DNA of 60,705 nt, filler included, from Circinaria calcarea (taxonomy: Eukaryota), in the NCBI GenBank assembly GCA_051942165.1. It is 6 parts of 6 records of this genome, joined end to end, with 100 filler letters (N's around TTAATTAATTAA, not from the genome) between each part and the next. Parts side by side here need not be neighbours in the genome. Positions count along the whole stretch, not along the records: positions 50,690 to 60,705 come from JAVECS010000857.1; 5 more parts are not named here. One strand, given 5' to 3'. The notes beneath the pieces were generated by a model. That model had not been told where the DNA came from and did not search any database. It was given only the letters and a program-made list of their open reading frames with translations. Position numbers and translations under genes: made by a program. The stretch's first letter is position 1. Each line of letters begins with the position of its first letter. Positions 54,006-60,705 of this stretch are shown piece after piece.

Positions 54006-55074
54006 CTAGACATAGATTGGCTGGGGTACGCCGTACTATTTCAATGTCAGTAAAGCTCCCACAGTAGTAACGGGAACAAACGTACGTTTAAAGGATCATT
54101 GAATCGTAAACCCTTGTTAAGTCCGCTGATCTCCTCAAGTTCACTCTTGCTTAAATCGAAACCTGTAACGTCCAGATTCTGCGCCAGCCTACTTGGGTTA
54201 TTGCTCTTAGGGATCACAGCAATGTTCCTCTGGGTAGCCCATCTCAGTAGGATCTGCGCTGGCGTCTTTCCATGCTTCTCTGCAATACTTTTGATAGTCG
54301 GGTTGTCGAAGAGAAGCGGCGTGTCCTTGGCGCTCTGCATGTCTAATTCGAGGAAGGATTGTGGGCCGAAGGACGAGTAAGCAGTGACGGCAATGCCGTG
54401 ATCCTGCGCCAGTTTGACGAGTCCTTCTTGGGTGAGATAGGGGTGGTGTTCAATCTGTAGCGTAGCGGGGGTAATTCTGGCATAGCGAAGGAGATCCATG
54501 AGCAGCGAACCCTGGAAATTACTGATCCCGATGCTCTTTGCCAATCCCTTTTCGACAAGACTTTCCATTGCGGTCCACGTCTCTTGTATGGTAGCTTTTC
54601 CGGGAACTACGTTCTTACCATCATACGTGAATCCGGGAGGGTATCGTTCAGAGGGATCCACGTATTTCAGGGAGATGGGAAAGTGCATAATGTAGAGATC
54701 AAAGTAATCGATGCCCCAGTCCTTAAGCTGCTTCTTGCAAATTGGCTCGACTCGCTCTTTGTCGTGGAAGGAGTTCCACAATTTGGAGACTATAAAGAGT
54801 TCTTCCCGCTTAACAAGACCCTCTTTGATGGCGCGCGCGACGCCTTGACCAGATTCTACCTCATTACCGTAGTCTAGAATTCCATCAGTGCTTGCTCCGA
54901 AAGGAAGCAAGTGAGGAGCTGGAGTCTACCGCATGCCCCGTCGAACAGACGATAACCAGATTTGATGGCATTGTAAACCTGATCGGCGCAGGTGTCATTG
55001 TTGACTTTCCACAGCCCGAAGCCAACGATTGGCATCTGATGGCCGCTATTAAGCTGGATCGAAGGCGCCGTCAT
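54006..55074 (-). CDS. xyl1: NAD(P)H-dependent D-xylose reductase (aldo-keto reductase), 3 exons
   Basis: [26 protein letters not shown] | DYGNE (catalytic Asp/Tyr), [46 protein letters not shown]; last exon YGVPQPIYV*. Confidence 0.95.
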
Positions 55075-55695
55075 GCTGCCGTATGTTCTGGCGATGGATT
55101 GGCGGGGTATCCTGAGTGCAGGAGTGAAGTGGACAGCAATCAGGGAGGTGGGGTTGAAGAGGATAGAAGAGCTAAAGCTGTCAGCCAGAAAGATGGAGGG
55201 AATTAGGAAAAGACTGACCGGAGGAAGGGTCTGATGATGTTCATCTAACTGAGGGTTGATTCACAGATGGGAGGGATTTCCAAAAGCCCAACAACTCCCA
55301 TGTTTTCCTATCCCCATGTTGACATGACGATCCCCCACATCGACATCCTTGAGCTCTGACGTCTGTCCTCCGATCTACCTTCCATTTCCATTCCCCGTCT
55401 AGATCGACTTGCATGGCCAAGCATCCGATGATCGCTTTTGGATCGAAGGAAAAGGTGATGATTTTGACCACATTACGGACGTGCAATAGCAAGTTGCTGA
55501 GACGGAAATCATGCTGACACCAAGAGTTAACACGTGACTGAATCGTTCCTGCCGAGCCAGGATTGTGGAGCTATTCCCTTCTGGGGAAATACTAACCTCC
55601 AGTCTCCGTTGAGCTCGCATGGCTTGGCGAAAGTAACAAACGAGTAGATGCAGTCAAGACCGGACGGAAAGTAGTTTGACTGGGTATCCAACACA

Positions 55696-57122
55696 ATGGC
55701 ACAAGGTACGTTCGGTGCAGGCAGTGAAATGAGGATTGGACAGGACAGAGCTCCATGACTATATCAGCCCCTCCACAAGTCCTATCATGCCGTTGCTGAC
55801 ACACTAGAAGTGGCGGATGAGGATATACTGGAAACTGTCGCGCGGGATGGCAGCATGGACTAGTAAGGTGTCGCGGTGAACCGATCCATAGGAACAAGGT
55901 AGCTAAAGTGAGGACAGCTCCAGCTGGCCGGGACTCCTCGAGCGCCTAATCCCTCGGTTGAACCATGTATGCCTCTGTCGACGAAACGGCCCGGCGTGTC
56001 TAATCTGATTCGAAGATAGTGCACCACGAGTTCCCCATACCAAGGATCCCTCTCCCCGAACCTCTACCACCATCCCTGAAAGAAGAAGAATCTGGTACAA
56101 CCCAAGGCGAACAAAACTCTAGCCAGGACCAGGACCACGACCCACAGAAAGAAAACGCCCCTCCTAGCTCCTTGCCGGCGGTGCCACCTACCTCGCCTCC
56201 AGGTAACACGGCCTCCCCAGACGTCTATCCGTTGGTTCCAGATTCTCAGCCGTCTAGCATTTCCGCACCGCCGGGTACTCTACCTTCTCAGTTGCTCTCA
56301 CTCTTCTCATCCATACAGTCTACTCTCCAGACATCCTTCTCGACCGCACCTCCGCATACCATCCAACGTTTGGCTGAGCTGATTATTCGACCTTCCGATC
56401 ATTATCGTACCCTCCCGTCCTACCTACGAGCAATCGACCGTGTCATTTCTGTGTCTAGTACTGCCGACATATATCCCCTCTCCGTGGTCGCTCCGGGCTC
56501 TTCAGAAAACGGAGACGTTACAGCAAACAGCTATCTCACAACCGGAAACGCTGCCCCAAATCGGGATGATTTCAACGGCGCTGCATTGACGCGAATTCCT
56601 TGGCTTCGCGACCCAACCTCGGTGCTTGCTAGTACTGAACGTCCCTTAACTAGCGATCTTCGAACGGAGTCTAAGTCTCTAATAGATGGACCTAACGGGG
56701 CTGGGTCGTTGGAAACAGTGACGGTTTCTATCAATGGAATGAGTAACGTGGCCCGTGAGAGCAATGGATCAAAAACAGGTTCAGGGGTTACGATCGGGGC
56801 TTCTGACCAGACCCAGCATGGACGGGTGACCAGGAGTAGCACGGCAATGACCAGGAAGGAGGAAGCAGATGAAGAGAGGATCCACGCCAGAGGTCCTGAT
56901 GAAATCGGCATGGAAGACATGGGACCCCAATCGGCTACCCGAGGATCTGGAGGATTTGATGTTGAGGCTGCAATAGGGAGAGTAGGTGAGAGCGAAGGCA
57001 TGACTCCGACGCCCATCACCGAAGACACTGGAGAGAAGGACGCAGAAGGCGATATTACGATTGCTGACGCAGATGGCGAGTTGGAAGTGGAAGCAGGGAG
57101 AATCGCGAGTGACTCTACTTGA
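55696..57122 (+). CDS. Protein phosphatase 4 regulatory subunit 2 (PPP4R2/Psy4-like), 4 exons
   Basis: Three GT-AG introns splice MAQEVADEDILETVARDGSMDYSSWPGLLERLIPRLNHIVHHEFP; core FSTAPPHTIQRLAELIIRPSDHYRTLPSYLRAIDRVISVSS; acidic tail. Confidence 0.85.
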
Positions 57123-58610
57123 AGAACGGTAATATCGTGATGGCGTTTCAAGTAGCTAGCAAGTGATGCCCTTATACTGGCAAAAGTTCTAAAAGCCAAC
57201 CTGGATGCTCCTTCCCTACTCACAGGGGGTCGCGTTCGCGCGGGGCTAGAGCAATAACTGTTCCGCAAGCCAAACGCAAGACAATCGAAGGAACGAAACT
57301 CTGAAGCAAATAAAAGCATACCAACTCCATTGGACTGGTGCCATGAGCATTCAAATAAGAGAGGCTTAGAATAAACCGTGGCAACACGTATTCACCATTA
57401 GGTGACTTATCTTAAGACTTCGAGAAAACATATCAAGTACTATCCCTCTCCATATATCCGCTCTCACTGTTACATCTCTTTTTAAGGAAGGAAAAGAAAA
57501 GAAAAGAGAGACCGCCATGATCCAAACTAAGATCATCCTCCAAACGTTCCCCCCCCCAACCCCCCAAATCTAGTCCCGGCTCTTCCTACATCATTTCTTT
57601 TTTTGGGGGGGGGGGGTTTGTTCCTCTATCCCCTAGCTAGAGCCCAGCAAAACTTCCCTCCCTCCCTCCATCCATCTAGTGGATATGGATAGAACTTTTC
57701 CACGGAGAAAAAAACTCAGGAGAGTTGGTCTAGTCTAGTCTAGTCAAAAAACTAAAACTCAGCTTTGCTATGTAAGAGGTAAAAACGCCCCCCCTCCCCC
57801 CTTTTTTTTCGCGTCTAGATAGATGCCCCCACTCTTTGTCTTGGTTTTCTTGCCCCGCGAGGGCGAGGGCGAGGTTTCAGCACAAAATGTAAAAGTTCCC
57901 CATCTCGCTCGCTGTTTCCAACTCCCGCAATCAGGTTTATGGTATGGGTTGTTATTCCGTTTGCCACACACACACACAGGAGGGACAGAAGAAGCATCGT
58001 TCCAAGGGGAGGGGGGGGTTCTGAATGACCAAAGATAGAAGCTCCCCGCAGGTTTTTAATGTTCTCTCTCTAGCCGCGAGCGAGGCTCGGACGGGTACAC
58101 ATCAAAAACCCCAACCAAATGCCAGTTGTGCCTTCTGGCATGTAGCTCGTAAAGTGTGTCCGTCTTCTAGGTTCGCCACATCTCTTGCATCTGATGTTCA
58201 AATCTTCTTTGGACTGGCGTGGGTCGCTAAGCTGTGATGCGTCAGTAGGGTAGAATACTGATCAGGGGCTTTTGTGTCAGGACCTTTCAGTCTCGCTGCA
58301 GGGATGGGGCACAGATTTCAACAATCATGGCATGTATCAACACTCATAGAAACCTTGGAAGGTTTATCTTGTTCTATTACTTTGACTCTCAGATCTTGGT
58401 GCAATGCCTGAATGAAAATCATATCACCGTAACCATCATGTTAAATGCTACAAAGGGTATCTCCCCCAACTCCCCGCTTGCTGATGTGATCAAAAAAGTT
58501 GAGTGGTATCAACGGACGCCAGAGATATGCATTACATTAAAATAATGAGATTCGATGTTGCATATAAGCTTCCGCGAGAAGCAAAATACGGTCGTGCTAG
58601 TAGCATAATA

Positions 58611-60562
58611 TCATCTGAACCCAGGGAAAACGGCGCCAAGTGCTTTTCGCCCTGTGAAAAACAAAGTAAGCCTCTTGCTAGACAAGGAAAGGATACGGAA
58701 TACTCACAACGTGGCAATCTTGCATGACGTTGGTTGTCTTCATCTTCGGCCATTACCTGGTGCCCTAATAAGGCGGCCGTTCGTCGCCTCACCCAATCTT
58801 GTCGATCGATAAATGCGGAACGCCGTGTTGGTGGCGTACCAACTGGCGTCAGGCCTGGCCTTTCCCCGAGTGATCTCATCTCTATTGAAATCGCAGCTGG
58901 CGCACTCGATATTCTCCGCCCACCTATAATATTCAAGCCTCTAAGATGTCGATGGAAGCTTGCCATCCGCCTTCCCACGACAACGGGCCTACTTGGCAGA
59001 GTAATCTCATTACCTGCACTGTTCTGCGCGGTAACACTCTCTCGCATTTCCCTTACCAAACGTTCCCTTCGTACCATGGCATTGGTGACTTCTGTGGGAC
59101 AGTAACCCTTTGGCAAAACTTTAGCTTTGCACACCGGACAGAGACTGCTGTTATCTCTCAGGAAGGGATCGATGCATCCTGGATGGTAGACATGGTTGCA
59201 GGGGAGTTGACGAACTCTACTTTCACGGGATATGAAGTCGTCAAGGCAGATAGGGCAAGTTTCCTGAGCGTATGGAAGCTGACGATGAGGAAGCATGCAT
59301 GAAGATGATGAACTAGCATTGTTGCTTGGACTGAGCAGACTTGAAGGATTAAGATTGGTTTTGCAATTAGATGAGTTTGTATTAGCTGCTGTAGTAGCTT
59401 CCTTAGGTTGTGTAAGGTCTTTCCCACTTTTATTTGAAAAAGCTGCTGGTGGCGGCAACAGGTGGTCGTTTGACGATTGTTTTGCCTCGTCTTTGGAAAC
59501 ATAGACATATAACGGCATCTTATCCAGAACTTCTTGCGGCACTTTGATTCTTTTGATTCCCAGTGCTTCCAGATCAACGGCGCCCTCCGCGATGAGACGC
59601 CGTAACTCACGTCGGCGTCGTCTTTGCACGTAGTGCATTAACACCGATGTCATGAACATGATCGTTAACATCATAGCCAACACAATGAGAAGGAAGACCC
59701 ATAAACTCGGCAAAGTAGGTGCCCTTCCGGTATTGATAGTTGTGTATAATCTGACATAATCTCTTGTATCAAAGTTTCCGGAGAGAAGTTGGCCTTCGGG
59801 TACGTCCGTCATGTTTCCCGAGTAGAGCGCAAGTTGCTGCATTAGCAAAGCACCATAGAAGCCGGGTATGGCATACACTGGGTAATTGTTTTGTGATTTC
59901 CACGTCCCTCCATCGTTCAAGCCCCAGTAAGGATCCTTAATAGGAGGAGGCGCATCTCTTGAGCCGTCTGGAATATAGAAGATGAACGCTCGGGCACTGT
60001 CAATGCCTGCAGAAGCCAGATAGGACAATGTACAGTTGGGAGAGATCCATGGCGCGTAAGCAATCAGGAAGTAATCTGCGTTTGGAAGGTTTAGCCGTCG
60101 CGTCACATTGGGATGTACGTAATTCTGGGATGTGTTGAAGCAAGGATCTGAAGCAGGGATATCAGGAACGTAAAGCAATCCCTCGACATCGACACCTCTG
60201 CTAACAGTGTTGGTAGATAGGGTTTGAAGATTGTGGTCCAGGGACAAATTGAAGGAAATGCTGGACTGGGCAGCATAGGTCAGTCAGTGTAGTAGGCTGG
60301 TGAGTTGATCGTACACACATTGATAGGCACCCTATCATCTGAATTCTGGTCCCAGTCCGGGTTCGAAATGATCAAGACAAACGTATCGATACCTTTGGCC
60401 GCTACACAATTACTCGTCTTAGCTTCTGTAGACTAATAGTGCATCCGTGAAAGAGGAGATGTATAAGCCCCACCCACCAGCAGAAGGGCCGGATGACGAG
60501 GAAGGGATAGTGAAGAGACGAACCAAGGGAAGGATCAACTTGAGGGGACAGTACTTACTCAT
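58611..60562 (-). CDS. Single-TM RING-H2 E3 ubiquitin ligase (PA-like lumenal domain-TM-RING, RNF13/GRAIL-like), 4 exons
   Basis: Lumenal region GLLYVPD…IAYAPWIS…FPVYAIPG-like, TM LWVFLLIVLAMMLTIMFMTSVLM, poly-Arg, GAVDLEALGIKRIKVP, RING-H2 CPICLDDF…LPCNHVYHPGCIDPFL…CPVCK; last exon WRKALGAVFPGFR*. Start ATG 60562 is inferred from a splice model. Confidence 0.88.
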
Positions 60563-60705
60563 CTCTGCAGGTGCGCTTACGAGTCTCCAGTCACAGTGTG
60601 CGCAAATATCATTGCACGGACAAGGCGTGTCTCCTCCGGAATTGTGGGAGTTCGACAGAGTGAGAAGGAGGAGAGGATCGGAGCAGATTGACACTGACTC
60701 GGTGG

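Noticed and set aside
55706..55807. Intronic box C/D snoRNA in the first PP4R2 intron
   Set aside because: Only an imperfect ATGAGGA box, the CTGA coincides with the branch site, and no terminal stem or rRNA guide was recognised.
56531..57319. 262-aa antisense ORF over PP4R2 (also 9447-9992, 48376-48876, 51738-52280)
   Set aside because: Shadow ORFs opposite well-supported genes, explained by codon bias; no motifs of their own.

Overview
Eukaryotic, intron-containing DNA from a filamentous ascomycete (Pezizomycotina; a lichen-forming lineage is plausible but cannot be shown here). The window is NOT one locus. It is six unrelated ~10-kb contigs (10057, 10050, 10029, 10028, 10025 and 10016 bp, i.e. 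size-sorted) joined by 100-nt N/TTAATTAATTAA/N linkers, so gene neighbourhood only counts within a contig. Contig 1: a decayed F-box-like gene, a 5S rRNA pseudo-copy beside an AT-rich relic, a head-to-head pair of ankyrin-repeat genes carrying NLR-type effector domains (SesB-like alpha/beta-hydrolase and HeLo-like) but no NACHT/NB-ARC, and the 5' part of DUG1. Contig 2: a stop-riddled pseudogene region with a CCHC zinc knuckle, and a Pho85-type (Pcl1/2) cyclin preceded by 1.7 kb without any ATG and by SCB/MCB boxes. Contig 3: a conserved coiled-coil hypothetical gene, SIP5 and a RIP-damaged pseudogene. Contig 4: MAK5 and a complete ~2208-aa reducing PKS in which DH, cMT and ER look catalytically dead while KS, AT, KR and ACP are intact. 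Contig 5: MRX11-like, CDC8, SLX1 and a KDM5/Lid2-type demethylase with a GC-AG intron. Contig 6: a Cys-rich Mid2-like membrane protein, xylose reductase, PP4 regulatory subunit 2 and a TM-RING-H2 E3 ligase. The best candidates for something new are the KR-only PKS and the NOD-less effector-ankyrin gene pair. All calls come from reading motifs and splice signals by eye; no searches were run.
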